The position numbers and the translations under genes were made by a program. The notes below the pieces were generated by a model. That model had not been told where the DNA came from. It saw nothing but the letters and a program-made list of their open reading frames with translations, and ran no database searches. From positions 384,001 to 448,000 of the forward strand of contig CAVPJU010000010.1 of NCBI GenBank assembly GCA_963705505.1: DNA of 64,000 nucleotides, in the 5' to 3' direction. Source of the DNA: an uncultured bacterium. Its GTDB lineage: Bacteria > Desulfobacterota_D > UBA1144 > Nemesobacterales > UBA2774. How positions within the stretch are numbered: position 1 is the stretch's first letter; each line of letters starts with the position of its first letter. Shown piece after piece: positions 38,332 to 48,565 of the stretch.

Positions 38332-38808
38332 ATGGAGACCGTAATAGGAGTCATAGGGGCGGGTGAAGCCACGGAAGAGGAATACCTGACGGCGCTTGAG
38401 GTCGGGAGGGAGATCGCGCGGAGAAAATGCACGCTCTTATGCGGGGGCCTTGGCGGGGTCATGGAGGCCTCTTGTAAGGGCGCGAAATCGGAAGGGGGGC
38501 TGACTGTGGGAATAATCCCTGGGGATCTAAAAGAAGATGCCAATCCCTACGTCGATATCCCGATCGTCACCGGAATGGGACACGGCAGGAACATAATCGT
38601 CGTCCGGTCGAGCGATGCCGTCATTGCAATAGGCGGGAGCTTCGGTACATTATCTGAAATTGCCTTCGCTCTCAGATTGGAAATTCCGGTCATAGGGATA
38701 AAAACTTGGGATGTATCACCCGAAATTAAACAGGCAGCGGATCCCAGAGAGGCAGTGGAAATGGCTATCGGGCTTGCTGTTCCTGGCGCTGCTCGGGGCC
38801 TGCGCTAA
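38332..38808 (+). CDS. TIGR00725 family LOG/DprA-like Rossmann-fold protein
   Basis: IGVIGAG, CGGLGGVMEA, TGMGHGRN, GGSFGTLSEIA. Confidence 0.88.
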   Translation: METVIGVIGAGEATEEEYLTALEVGREIARRKCTLLCGGLGGVMEASCKGAKSEGGLTVGIIPGDLKEDANPYVDIPIVTGMGHGRNIIVVRSSDAVIAIGGSFGTLSEIAFALRLEIPVIGIKTWDVSPEIKQAADPREAVEMAIGLAVPGAARGLR

Positions 38809-39427
38809 AACTACGCCGCCCCCCCCCGCTCCGAGAGTGAGTGAAAAAGACATCGAAAGGTGCCTGACGGGGAAATTAACTGTCAAAGAAGGCTACAGGT
38901 ACCACATGATGGAAGAGGGAGAGACTTTATACCGGGTATCAAAAATGTACGGTACGACGGTCGAGGAGCTGATCGAGGTAAATAACATCACCGACTACAC
39001 GGATATCCCCGCAGGGACAATGCTCAAAATCCCGGGCGCCGTAGTTTCCTCAGGGCTCATTTGGCCCCTTCCGGGCAAGATATCCTCTGGCTTCGGAAAG
39101 CGGGGCAGAGGATTCCACTGGGGGATAGACATACCGGCGCCCAAAGGCACACCGATAAGAGCGGCAGCCGACGGGCTTGTTCTCGTAAGCGCAGACAGCT
39201 TCAGGGGATTTTCCGGATACGGAAGGATAGTTATAATAGAGCACGGCGGGGGGATAAGCACCCTCTATGCACACAACAGCAAGAACGACGTACAAGCCGG
39301 CACCTGTATCAGATCCGGCGAGGTGATAGGAGAGGTCGGAGCCACCGGAAACGCCACGGGCAGCCATCTCCACTTCGAAATAAGAAAGAACGGCAAGCCT
39401 GTAAACCCGATCAATTACCTGCCGTAA
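38711..39427 (+). CDS. LysM + M23 peptidase lipoprotein (NlpD-like)
   Basis: lipobox LLGAC; GETLYRVSKMYG LysM; HWGID, LYAH, HLHFE. Confidence 0.9.
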   Translation: MYHPKLNRQRIPERQWKWLSGLLFLALLGACAKTTPPPPAPRVSEKDIERCLTGKLTVKEGYRYHMMEEGETLYRVSKMYGTTVEELIEVNNITDYTDIPAGTMLKIPGAVVSSGLIWPLPGKISSGFGKRGRGFHWGIDIPAPKGTPIRAAADGLVLVSADSFRGFSGYGRIVIIEHGGGISTLYAHNSKNDVQAGTCIRSGEVIGEVGATGNATGSHLHFEIRKNGKPVNPINYLP

Positions 39428-39446
39428 GACGAAAGGAGAACAGTAA

Positions 39447-39968
39447 ATGATGGATTTCAAGCACTACATACGGGACATACCGGATTTCCCGAAAGATGGG
39501 ATTATATTCCACGACATCACGCCCCTGCTTCAGAACGCGAAGGCATTCGAGAACGCAATCGAAAGTATGGCGGATATGCTCGGCGGTAAGAAAATCGACT
39601 ACCTAGTGGGCATAGAATCGCGGGGGTTCATATTCGCATCGGCCCTCGCTATTAAGCTCCGTACGGGGCTCGTCATCGTCAGGAAACCCGGGAAGCTCCC
39701 ATACGTAACGATAAACGCCTCCTACGACCTCGAATACGGGTCGGACTCGCTCGAGGTTCACAGGGACGCCATACACGACAAGAGCAGGGTCGTATTGATA
39801 GACGACCTCCTGGCGACAGGCGGAACGGCCAAAGCGGCGGGCGATCTCGTGGAGAGGCTGGGAGGTGAGATCGCGGGGTACTGTTTTCTCGTCGAGCTTA
39901 CGGAGCTCCACGGCGTGAAAAAACTTTCACCCCATCCCGTGTGGTCGCTGATCAAATATCCGGTATGA
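39447..39968 (+). CDS. apt: adenine phosphoribosyltransferase
   Basis: PDFPKDGIIFHDITP, ESRGF, RKPGKLP, LEYG, IDDLLATGGT. Confidence 0.97.
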   Translation: MMDFKHYIRDIPDFPKDGIIFHDITPLLQNAKAFENAIESMADMLGGKKIDYLVGIESRGFIFASALAIKLRTGLVIVRKPGKLPYVTINASYDLEYGSDSLEVHRDAIHDKSRVVLIDDLLATGGTAKAAGDLVERLGGEIAGYCFLVELTELHGVKKLSPHPVWSLIKYPV

Positions 39969-40939
39969 AACAAATAGGGATCATTCTAAACCCGTCGGCC
40001 AAGATAAACAGCAGGAAGACAGCCGCCGTCATAAAGAAATTGGACGAAATATTCGGCGGAAGGGCACTTCTCCGCGCAACCAGGAACAAGCAGGAGATCC
40101 CGGGAGTGATGAACGAATTCGAGAAAGCAGGCGTGAAGCTCCTCCTCATAAGCGGAGGGGACGGGACTATATGCAACGTACTGAGCACGTATATAAAACT
40201 CTTCGGAGAGGAGAAGCTCCCCGTGATTCTGCCCCTCATGGGCGGTACGATCAATATGATCGGCTCGGACGCCGGACTCAGAAACAACCAGTTCGCAATT
40301 TGCCGGAGATTGAGTGATATCGTAAAGAGGGGGGGACCGGTAAGCGTTATAGAGAGGGGACTGCTTCGGATATACGATTCAAGATCCGAGGGGCCTTATT
40401 ACGGCTTTTCGTGGATAGACGGCTTCCTCCACAGGTTCCTCATCGACTACTACAGACAGGGCGCCGGAATTCAGGTCGCATCCGTCATGACAATCAAAAC
40501 GATATTGACGCTCCTTTCGAACGGGGAGCGTAACCTCTTCAATGATATAGATTCGACCGTTTACGCGGACGGGGAGAAACTCCCCTTCGACGGTCACGTT
40601 TTCATAATCGCATCCAGTCTTAAAAAATTCGTCTTCGGTTTCGATATATTCGCCGAAGAATCGGTACCGGGTGAATCGTTTAATATGGTTTATGTCAGGG
40701 AAAGCTACATAAAGAAGGAGCGCCACAAGCTGCCTCTGGGTCTCTACATGAGCCTCAAATCGGATAAATCCGGAAACTTCGTAAATAAGTCGGTCAGGAC
40801 CCTCAGGGTCGAAAGGAACAGGGGGTATATAATTGACGGAGAAATATTTACAGGCGACGAGCCCGGCGACATAATCATCGAGGCGGGGCCTAAAGTAAGG
40901 ATATTCTCGTTCAGGGGCGAAAAAGAGCTGGAGATATAA
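39965..40939 (+). CDS. diacylglycerol/lipid kinase family protein
   Basis: ILNPSA, SGGDGT, GGTINMI, IDGE; ATGA overlap with apt. Confidence 0.85.
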   Translation: MKQIGIILNPSAKINSRKTAAVIKKLDEIFGGRALLRATRNKQEIPGVMNEFEKAGVKLLLISGGDGTICNVLSTYIKLFGEEKLPVILPLMGGTINMIGSDAGLRNNQFAICRRLSDIVKRGGPVSVIERGLLRIYDSRSEGPYYGFSWIDGFLHRFLIDYYRQGAGIQVASVMTIKTILTLLSNGERNLFNDIDSTVYADGEKLPFDGHVFIIASSLKKFVFGFDIFAEESVPGESFNMVYVRESYIKKERHKLPLGLYMSLKSDKSGNFVNKSVRTLRVERNRGYIIDGEIFTGDEPGDIIIEAGPKVRIFSFRGEKELEI

Positions 40940-40943
40940 TATT

Positions 40944-42056
40944 ATGAAGGCGGCGGCTGACATGGAAAGGATCAGAGTAAACCTCAAGATAAGCGTGGAC
41001 AAATCATACGACATAGTTATCGGCGAGGGCCTCTTAAACCGTATCCCCGGAGAAATAAAGGATGCGGGGCTCGCCTATAAATTCGCGATCGTTACAGATT
41101 CCACCGTCGATGCGCTCTACGGGAAGATGCTCCATAAGGAATTCGAGCGGGCGGGGCTCAATACGCACATCATCGCCTTCCCCGCGGGCGAAAAGCATAA
41201 AAACAGAGAGACGAAAGCCCGGATAGAAGACCGCATGCTCGAGGAAAAATTCGGACGGGACTCGGCCGTGGTAGCGCTCGGGGGGGGAGTCGTCGGGGAT
41301 ATAGCCGGATACGTGGCAGCCACATACACGCGCGGCCTCCCGTACGTACAGGTGCCGACCACACTGGTCGCATGTGTTGACAGCTCTATAGGGGGTAAGA
41401 CGGCCGTGGACACACCGCACGGGAAAAACCTGATCGGGGCGTTCCATCAGCCCTGGAGGGTGTACATAGACGTGAATACGCTCCTGACCCTCCACGAAAA
41501 GGAGATAAGGGAAGGGCTCGCCGAGGTGATAAAGTACGGCGTGATCAGAGACGATAAACTCTTTTCCTATCTGGAAGAGAATATGGACCGCATATTCTCC
41601 TACGATAAGGAGACGCTAACTCATATAATTAAAAGAGGGTGCGAAATCAAGGGAGAGGTCGTCGAGCTTGACGAAAGGGAATCTAACTTAAGGAAGATAT
41701 TGAACTTCGGCCACACCATAGGACACGCGGTCGAGAACCTCTCCGACTATAAGATCACGCACGGGGAAGCGATTTCAATCGGTATGGCGGCTGAGGGGAA
41801 GCTCGCCGCCAGGATGGGTTTGTGGAAGGAAAGCGAGCTCAAGAGGCTCACCGCGCTGATATCGAAAGCGGGGCTCCCGACACGGATGCCGGAATATATG
41901 AAAGTGCAGGATATAACCGATACCATGAAGCTCGACAAAAAATCAAGGGGCGGGAAAATCGAGATGGTCCTTCCCCGGACTATGGGCGAGATGGCGGAGA
42001 TCGACGGAAGCTACGGAATAAAAATTGAAGACCGACTCATTGCCGATGCCATATAG
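40944..42056 (+). CDS. aroB: 3-dehydroquinate synthase
   Basis: ALGGGVVGD, PTTL..VDSSIGGKT, KNLIGAFHQP, LNFGHTIGHA, HGEAI. Confidence 0.97.
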   Translation: MKAAADMERIRVNLKISVDKSYDIVIGEGLLNRIPGEIKDAGLAYKFAIVTDSTVDALYGKMLHKEFERAGLNTHIIAFPAGEKHKNRETKARIEDRMLEEKFGRDSAVVALGGGVVGDIAGYVAATYTRGLPYVQVPTTLVACVDSSIGGKTAVDTPHGKNLIGAFHQPWRVYIDVNTLLTLHEKEIREGLAEVIKYGVIRDDKLFSYLEENMDRIFSYDKETLTHIIKRGCEIKGEVVELDERESNLRKILNFGHTIGHAVENLSDYKITHGEAISIGMAAEGKLAARMGLWKESELKRLTALISKAGLPTRMPEYMKVQDITDTMKLDKKSRGGKIEMVLPRTMGEMAEIDGSYGIKIEDRLIADAI

Positions 42057-42718
42057 CAACACCCCCCCGTTAATCGAGACTTCTAAAATCAGCGCGGGCA
42101 CGGGCGATCCCGCGACTGTGAAGTCCGGGGCTCGATATATCCATACACCTCTTACCGCTCGATCTCGAGGGAGTGTTCGGGAACGGGAACGACTGCCTGC
42201 TCGAGATCGGATTCGGGGACGGGGATTTTCTTATAGAAAACGCCCTGAAGAACCCGGGAAGAAATTACCTGGGAATAGAAATAAAGAAGAAAAGATTTAA
42301 CAAGGCGGTCAGGAAATCAAACCGGGCGAAGGCGGGGAACGTTAAGTTTATTCACATGGACGCGGAAATCGCCGCAGAGGATATTTTCCACCAGGGTTCC
42401 TTCGCCACGGTATATATCAATTTCCCCGACCCCTGGCCGAAGGACAGGCACCGGAAGCACAGGGTAATCAACCGCGGTTTCCTGAAGAAGCTTTCACGGA
42501 TTATGAAAAGCGGAGCGAGCCTCGAGATAGCGAGCGACCACAGGGAATATGTTTTAACCGCGCTCGAAACAATGAAAAAAATTGACGCGTTCGAATGCGT
42601 ATACCCCGCCCCCGGCTACGTGCTTCACGTTCCAGGCAGAGCCGAAACACGCTACGAAAGGGAGTTCAGGGCCGAGGGAAAAGAAATCTATTACCTGAGG
42701 TATAAAAACATTAAATGA
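42046..42718 (+). CDS. trmB: tRNA (guanine-N7)-methyltransferase; likely an extra G near 42130, otherwise a GTG start at 42173
   Basis: LPLDLEGVFGN..LEIGFGDG, GIEI, NFPDPWPKDRHRKHR, SDH, TRYE. Confidence 0.9.
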
Positions 42719-42801
42719 CACCTGATAACACACGTTCGCACCCCCGGTTGATTACTCAGGTAAAATATGGGTGAGATTAAATACCAAGGAGGAATAGAGT
42801 A

Positions 42802-43077
42802 ATGAGGAGGGTCATATTTTTATCCGCAATAATATATACGGGCTTATTCCTGAGCGGCTGCTCGGAAAACGGACCCGGATACCTTTTTCAGCTTATATTC
42901 ATCGTCGCTCCGCTCGTCGGGCTCGGGGTTATGCTGCTCAAGCGGACGGACAGCACAAATGACTCACTTTACATTCTGGAAGGACAAATTAAGAGACTCT
43001 CCGCGAAATTGGAAAACCTGGAAGAAAAGGTTTCGGAGCTGACGGAAAAAGATAATAAAACCAGAAATAAGAAATAG
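42802..43077 (+). CDS. small lipoprotein/membrane protein with coiled coil
   Basis: AGGAGG RBS; LSGC lipobox; second TM segment; heptad-rich C-terminus. Confidence 0.7.
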   Translation: MRRVIFLSAIIYTGLFLSGCSENGPGYLFQLIFIVAPLVGLGVMLLKRTDSTNDSLYILEGQIKRLSAKLENLEEKVSELTEKDNKTRNKK

Positions 43078-43123
43078 CGGATCCGAATTAGACAGAATCG
43101 ACCCCGCATAAAGCGGACAGCTT

Positions 43124-43741
43124 TTAGTTGGTGTTTCTTTTCTTAGTATTATTGTTATTCAAGTCGACGCTCTTTGAGCTCTCGATCGCCTTGATTTGAT
43201 ATTCGATCGGGACCTTTCCGATGTCGTTTGTGGCGTGGAGCACACCCTTCTCGTCCGTCCATGTGAATAGCCCGCCCCTAACTCCGGGAGTTTCCAGGCT
43301 CTTTGCGGAATCCCCGAGCTGGGGCTCCTGAGCCGGCGTTATTTCTTCTCCGGGCGGAATTTGCTCTCCCTCTTCTTCGCCGGGTTTCACAGCTGACTTC
43401 GCTTGAGCCTCCTGAGCGGCTTTCTGTCTTTCTTCTCTTTTCTTCTGGAGCGCTTGATTAACCTCTATGTTGCTTGAACGCTCCACGGTCGTACCGAGCG
43501 TGCCCGTCCCGGTCCTGTAATTCGTTTCTGTGCTCTTCTGCATTGTTGATAGGTCATACGGGTTCAAATCTTCACTGGGGGTAACGATATATGACGGGAA
43601 GTCGGCCGGAGCAGGTGCAGGTGCAGGAGCAGGTGCCGGAGGTGCAACAGGGGCCGTCGATTGTGAAAACGCAAATAAAGGGGATAAAAATAAGATTCCT
43701 ACCGTTGCGTATAACAACCCTGATATCAAGCGCCGCATTCC
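43124..43741 (-). CDS. exported protein with Pro/Ala linker and C-terminal DUF4124-like motif
   Basis: GAGGAGG RBS; signal peptide; (PA)n run; FTWTDEKGVLHATND..KVP. Confidence 0.7.
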   Translation of the reverse strand, partial: GMRRLISGLLYATVGILFLSPLFAFSQSTAPVAPPAPAPAPAPAPADFPSYIVTPSEDLNPYDLSTMQKSTETNYRTGTGTLGTTVERSSNIEVNQALQKKREERQKAAQEAQAKSAVKPGEEEGEQIPPGEEITPAQEPQLGDSAKSLETPGVRGGLFTWTDEKGVLHATNDIGKVPIEYQIKAIESSKSVDLNNNNTKKRNTN

Positions 43742-43900
43742 CTGCCTCCTCAATAGCTCCTTGCTCAATATCTATAAATATACACCCGCCTGAGTGAATG
43801 CACAACCTCGAAATATAATGTATAAAGTGAGCCTCAGCAAAAACTTAAAGCTGCTTCTTAAAGGTATTAATAACATATTTATGAGTCCCGGAGCCGGAAA

Positions 43901-44443
43901 TCAGTAGGAATTATAAAGACAAAACCAGTAAAATGCCGCGACGACGAGTGAATGTGTAATCTTCCTCTCCGCAACCATCTTCGGAATCTCAGAAACAGGC
44001 GCGGTGTATGTCACTATATACTCCGTGGAATCGAAGAGTGGATCCCCCGCCTTCCGTGAATTTCGGGCAAGGAAAGTATGACATTTATTGTTCTGTATGG
44101 CAGGATTGGGTATCACTTCGCCTATCAATGTCCAGTTATCGGAAACATAACCCGTTTCTTCGAGGAGCTCCCTCTTCGCGGTCTCAAGCGGGGTCTCCCC
44201 CGGATCGATGACACCGCCCGGAATCTCTATGGTCTCCGATCTTATCCCGTGCCTGTACTGTTTAATCAACAGCACCTCTTCGTTCTCCGTGACCGCTACT
44301 ACATTTATCCAGTCGGGGGCTTCTATCACGAAAAAATCGTGCTCTTTCCCCGTGACGGGGGATATGCTCGTATCCACCCTCGTCGAGAAAACCCTGTTTG
44401 AGGAGAGGTGTTCTGACTTTATGACTTCCCACTTTTTTATCAT
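43901..44443 (-). CDS. NUDIX hydrolase (ADP-ribose pyrophosphatase-like)
   Basis: QYRH, EIPGGVIDPGETPLETAKRELLEETG Nudix box. Confidence 0.93.
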   Translation of the reverse strand: MIKKWEVIKSEHLSSNRVFSTRVDTSISPVTGKEHDFFVIEAPDWINVVAVTENEEVLLIKQYRHGIRSETIEIPGGVIDPGETPLETAKRELLEETGYVSDNWTLIGEVIPNPAIQNNKCHTFLARNSRKAGDPLFDSTEYIVTYTAPVSEIPKMVAERKITHSLVVAAFYWFCLYNSY

Positions 44444-44484
44444 AGCCGTCTAATTTGCCCCGGAGATTATATACAGCTCGGAGA

Positions 44485-45237
44485 TCAACTTCGGATTTCG
44501 ATCTTTTTCAACTTCTCCCATGTATTTTGAGAGTACCAAATATCGACGAAATCCGAAACGGAGCCTTTTTCATCCCTCTCGATCCTATCGAGGGCGTCCT
44601 TCCTGAGAAGCCTTTTAATGCTCCCGAACGCCTCTCCATCCCTCTCGGCAAGATCACGCGCACAACGGAGCACCGCGTCATCGAGCCCTTCCCCGGTATG
44701 CGCTTCGTCCACGAGGCCCAGGGCCAAAGCCTCTTCCGCTGAATTCATTTTCCCCGAGTAGAGGAGGTGCTGAGCGCTCCTCGAGCCGACTGTGAATCTC
44801 AGAATCTCCGCAATGCTCGTAAATACCGAAGCGCCGAGTGTGATCTCGTTTAAGGCGATCTTCGCCTTCCCGGCAGCCATAACCCTCCGGTCGCAGGCAA
44901 TGGCCAGGATGCACCCACCGGCAACGGTATGCCCGTTCAAAGCGGCGATTACAGGCTTCGGAAAGACGAAAATACGCCGGACGAGGTCAGAAAAGCTCAA
45001 GACAAACCTGTGAAACGCCTCCTTCGGATAATCCATGAACCCGGGAATATCGAACCCGAACGAAAAAAAGCTTCCCCGCCCGGTCAATATCACCGCTCTT
45101 ACCCGCGTATCCGACGCCAATTCCCTAAAGACATCCCTCAATTCCGATACGACCTGCTCGTTTATCGCATTCACTTTAGGCCTGGCTAGAGTGACGGTAG
45201 CAATGCCGTCTTTAAGTGATAATTCGATAAAATCCAT
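44485..45237 (-). CDS. enoyl-CoA hydratase/isomerase family protein
   Basis: FFSFGFDI, PKPVIAALNGHTVAGGC, ALNEI. Confidence 0.92.
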   Translation of the reverse strand: MDFIELSLKDGIATVTLARPKVNAINEQVVSELRDVFRELASDTRVRAVILTGRGSFFSFGFDIPGFMDYPKEAFHRFVLSFSDLVRRIFVFPKPVIAALNGHTVAGGCILAIACDRRVMAAGKAKIALNEITLGASVFTSIAEILRFTVGSRSAQHLLYSGKMNSAEEALALGLVDEAHTGEGLDDAVLRCARDLAERDGEAFGSIKRLLRKDALDRIERDEKGSVSDFVDIWYSQNTWEKLKKIEIRS

Positions 45238-45382
45238 CCGGGTCCTCCTACCGAATTTTTGTCCTGATTGATTATCGCATTTAGAATGAAAACCTGCAAC
45301 ATTTTCCTCTATACAAAAGGCTCAATACAGTTAAAATTAAGACTGCAAAAAATCTCGTCTGCAGAATTCGGGAGGTTCTGAA

Positions 45383-45769
45383 ATGAGAAAGCTTATTTTA
45401 ACGATGCTTTTTTTAGTAGCCTGTACCGCGGTATCGCTGACGTTAGGCTCGGCGGCTGAAAAAGGGGATGCAGCTAAAGGAAAGGAAACTTTTCAAAATA
45501 CATGCTCTCCGTGTCACGGACCGGGGGGTAAAGGCGACGGAGCAGCCGCAGCCGCTCTTAACCCTAAGCCGAGGAACCTGACCGACGCCGCATATATGTC
45601 GACAAAAAGCAACGATCATTTGCACAAGGTCATCAGTGAAGGCGGAGCGTCGGTAGGGCTCTCGCCAATGATGGCCGCATGGGGGGGCGTACTTTCCGAG
45701 CAGGACATATGGAACGTCATAGCCTATATAAGGCAGGATCTCTGCAAGTGTCAGTATAACGGGAAATAA
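45383..45769 (+). CDS. monoheme cytochrome c
   Basis: signal peptide, CSPCH heme motif, distal Met in SPMMAAW. Confidence 0.93.
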   Translation: MRKLILTMLFLVACTAVSLTLGSAAEKGDAAKGKETFQNTCSPCHGPGGKGDGAAAAALNPKPRNLTDAAYMSTKSNDHLHKVISEGGASVGLSPMMAAWGGVLSEQDIWNVIAYIRQDLCKCQYNGK

Positions 45770-45782
45770 ATTTCAAGATCCG

Positions 45783-45811
45783 GGGCGGAAGCCTTAGCTT
45801 CCGCCCTTTTT
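45783..45811 (+). terminator. intrinsic terminator
   Basis: GGGCGGAAGC-CTTA-GCTTCCGCCC followed by TTTTT. Confidence 0.85.
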
Positions 45812-45915
45812 CATATAAATTCAAAGAAATTTATCCCTGACACCTCATCACTCCCCGTAATTGGTATATATTTATATGCGACACAATCTCAGAAATGAGA
45901 CTCGAGGGAAACAAT

Positions 45916-46125
45916 ATGAAGAAGATATTAGCAGACATGATGAAGCTTTACGGACTAGTCGTCATCCTGACGATGCCGATCTTTACCGCGTGCTCCTGGG
46001 TCGAGCCCGGCTCTGAAAATGACCCCGGTCAGGCAGTCGGGGCTCCTACCGATACTCAAGCCGAAGACCTTACATATCAAGAGGGACTGCAAAACCCCGA
46101 GGAACAGGACAATCAGAACGAGTAA
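45916..46125 (+). CDS. small acidic lipoprotein
   Basis: GAGG RBS; hydrophobic stretch plus FTAC lipobox. Confidence 0.6.
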   Translation: MKKILADMMKLYGLVVILTMPIFTACSWVEPGSENDPGQAVGAPTDTQAEDLTYQEGLQNPEEQDNQNE

Positions 46126-46222
46126 TCCCCAAGGGAATGTTATCCGTATTGAGTCGGAATTCCTTTCTTTTTGAAGAATTTTCAGCAGATGTTAAAATCT
46201 TGTCCAATTCCACAATACAACC

Positions 46223-46314
46223 GGAGAGGTGACCGAGCGGCCGAAGGTGCACGCCTGGAAAGTGTGTAGGGGGTTAACGCTCCCTCGTGGGTTCAAATCC
46301 CACCCTCTCCGCCA
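46223..46314 (+). tRNA. tRNA-Ser(GGA)
   Basis: GGAGAGG/CCTCTCC acceptor stem, CTGGAAA anticodon loop, long variable arm, GGTTCAAATCC, GCCA end. Confidence 0.96.
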
Positions 46315-46451
46315 GTTTTTAGCTGATTTTACGGGTATAAGTATTGGTGCAACCGGCGGTGGAAGGATTATTTCGGGAATAGCTATTAATTTTCGGGTAT
46401 TTTATAATATAGGCTGAAGCTCATTTAGAACTATTAGGTTTCAATAAATTC

Positions 46452-46559
<108 letters not shown>

Positions 46560-46572
46560 TCTAAGGTGATAG

Positions 46573-48231
46573 ATGTCCTACCTGGTACTCGCGAGAAAAT
46601 GGAGACCTCAAACCTTTGACGATATCATAAGCCAGGAATACGTAACCCTGAGCCTCAGGAACGCGGTATCCACGGGGAAGATCGCCCACGCGTTCATATT
46701 TTCGGGACCGAGAGGAGTAGGCAAGACCTCGACCGCGAGGATCCTGGCAAAAGCGCTCAACTGTCAGAAAGGTCCGACCCCGGAGCCCTGCTCGGAATGT
46801 GTTTTCTGCAGGGAGATAGCCGAGGGCAAATCACTCGACGTGATCGAAATTGACGCCGCTTCGCACACGGGCGTAAATGACATCCGGGAAATTATCGAGA
46901 ATATCAAATACCTCCCCGCATCCGGAAAATATAAAATTTACATAATAGACGAAGCGCACATGCTTTCCCAATCGGCGTTCAACGCGCTGCTCAAGACCCT
47001 CGAGGAGCCCCCGCCCCGTGTGCTCTTCATACTCGCTACGACAGAAGTTCACAAGATCCCGGTGACGATCCTCTCAAGGTGCCAGAGGTATGATTTCAAG
47101 AAGGTGCCTGTCGAGAAGATCAAGGAGAAGCTCGCCTCGATAACGGCGCGGGAGAATATAAGCGTGGAAGAGGAAACTCTCTATACCGTCGCCCAGGAGT
47201 CGGACGGAAGCATGAGGGACGCACTCAGCCTGATGGACCAGCTGCTCGCGACATTCGGGAGCGAGATCGTGCACGACGACGCGGTAAGGATTCTCGGCAT
47301 CCTGGACAGGACGCTGCTCAAATCCGCCGTCGGGGGGATACTAAATAAAAGCCCTAAATCCTGCATCGAAACACTGAACACGGCACTAGAGAAGGGAATA
47401 AACCCCAAACGCTTCGCCGAGGACCTGCTCAGGACACTGAGATACGCCCTTCTGATCAAAACCTGCGGAAAAGAAGCGGTGACGGAGCTCTCGGAGGAAG
47501 ACAAGGACGAGATCGCAAGACTCACGGGGACCGAGAGCGTAGAGACTCTGGAGTCCCTTTTCAACCTGATGCTCGAAGGGGCCGAAAGCGTGCAGAGGTC
47601 GTTCTATCCGCAGATGGCCCTCGAATTCATACTGATAAAGCTTTCAACCCTCGAAAGGACAGTGCCGATAGAAGACATAATAAAGAGATTAGAGACCCTG
47701 TCGGGATCCGTCAAAGCGGGAAGGGAGCCGGGGGGGGGACGTCTCGACGAGCCGCGCGGGGATTATCAGAAAAGACCGGCTGCCTCCGAAGAGAACACCG
47801 TTTCGAAGTCTTCAGACGGGGAGAGCGATCCGCCGGTAAAAAAGCCCCGGACGGACACCGGAAATTTGAGCGACCTCGTTAAATTCATAAAATCCAGGAA
47901 CGCCATCATGGGAACGAGGCTCGAGCAGGCGAAGAAAATTACGGTAGAGAACGATACGCTCAGGATATTATTCAACAATCCGCTCCACTCGGTCCATTTC
48001 AAGAAGAAAGAAACCCAGAATTCACTCGGGGACTATTTGAATGAATTCTATTCCCGGAGCCTGAATATAGAAATCGCAGATGACGAGTCCGCGCAAGCCG
48101 GTGAAACAGGCGGTGGAAAACCGGATAGGAACGAAAACAAGAAGAAAATCCAGAACGACCCCACGCTTAAGGACGCGATAGAAATCTTCGGGGGCAGGGT
48201 CGTAAGCGTGAAACCCAAACAAAAGGAGTAA
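46573..48231 (+). CDS. dnaX: DNA polymerase III subunit gamma/tau
   Basis: LARKWRPQTF, GPRGVGKT, Cys4 zinc site, DEAHML, SRC. Confidence 0.98.
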   Translation: MSYLVLARKWRPQTFDDIISQEYVTLSLRNAVSTGKIAHAFIFSGPRGVGKTSTARILAKALNCQKGPTPEPCSECVFCREIAEGKSLDVIEIDAASHTGVNDIREIIENIKYLPASGKYKIYIIDEAHMLSQSAFNALLKTLEEPPPRVLFILATTEVHKIPVTILSRCQRYDFKKVPVEKIKEKLASITARENISVEEETLYTVAQESDGSMRDALSLMDQLLATFGSEIVHDDAVRILGILDRTLLKSAVGGILNKSPKSCIETLNTALEKGINPKRFAEDLLRTLRYALLIKTCGKEAVTELSEEDKDEIARLTGTESVETLESLFNLMLEGAESVQRSFYPQMALEFILIKLSTLERTVPIEDIIKRLETLSGSVKAGREPGGGRLDEPRGDYQKRPAASEENTVSKSSDGESDPPVKKPRTDTGNLSDLVKFIKSRNAIMGTRLEQAKKITVENDTLRILFNNPLHSVHFKKKETQNSLGDYLNEFYSRSLNIEIADDESAQAGETGGGKPDRNENKKKIQNDPTLKDAIEIFGGRVVSVKPKQKE

Positions 48232-48235
48232 ACCC

Positions 48236-48562
48236 ATGAAATTCGGGGGCGGAAACATAAAGAACCTGCTGAAACAAGCGGGCAAAATGAAAGAGCAAAT
48301 GGAAAAGCTGCAGGCCGAAGCCGGTGAGAAGACAGTAGAAGCCTCCTCGGGCGGGGGAATGGTCACGGTTGTCGCAAAGGCGAAGGGTGAGGTCGTTTCC
48401 ATTAAGATCGAGCCGGAAATAGTCAGGGACGACGACATAGAGATGCTCCAGGACCTTATAACGGCGGCGGTAAATGAAGCACTCACGCGGGGACAGGATC
48501 TGATGAGGGACGAGGTAGCAAAACTAGCAGGGGGTTTGGGTCTTCCCCCCGGACTTATTTAA
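48236..48562 (+). CDS. ybaB: YbaB/EbfC nucleoid-associated protein
   Basis: SSGGGMVTV, DIEMLQDLITAAVNEA; between dnaX and recR. Confidence 0.95.
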   Translation: MKFGGGNIKNLLKQAGKMKEQMEKLQAEAGEKTVEASSGGGMVTVVAKAKGEVVSIKIEPEIVRDDDIEMLQDLITAAVNEALTRGQDLMRDEVAKLAGGLGLPPGLI

Positions 48563-48565
48563 CGA

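Noticed and set aside
43607..43646. GCAGGT-type tandem repeat
   Set aside because: Encodes the (Pro-Ala)n linker of the 43124-43741 protein.
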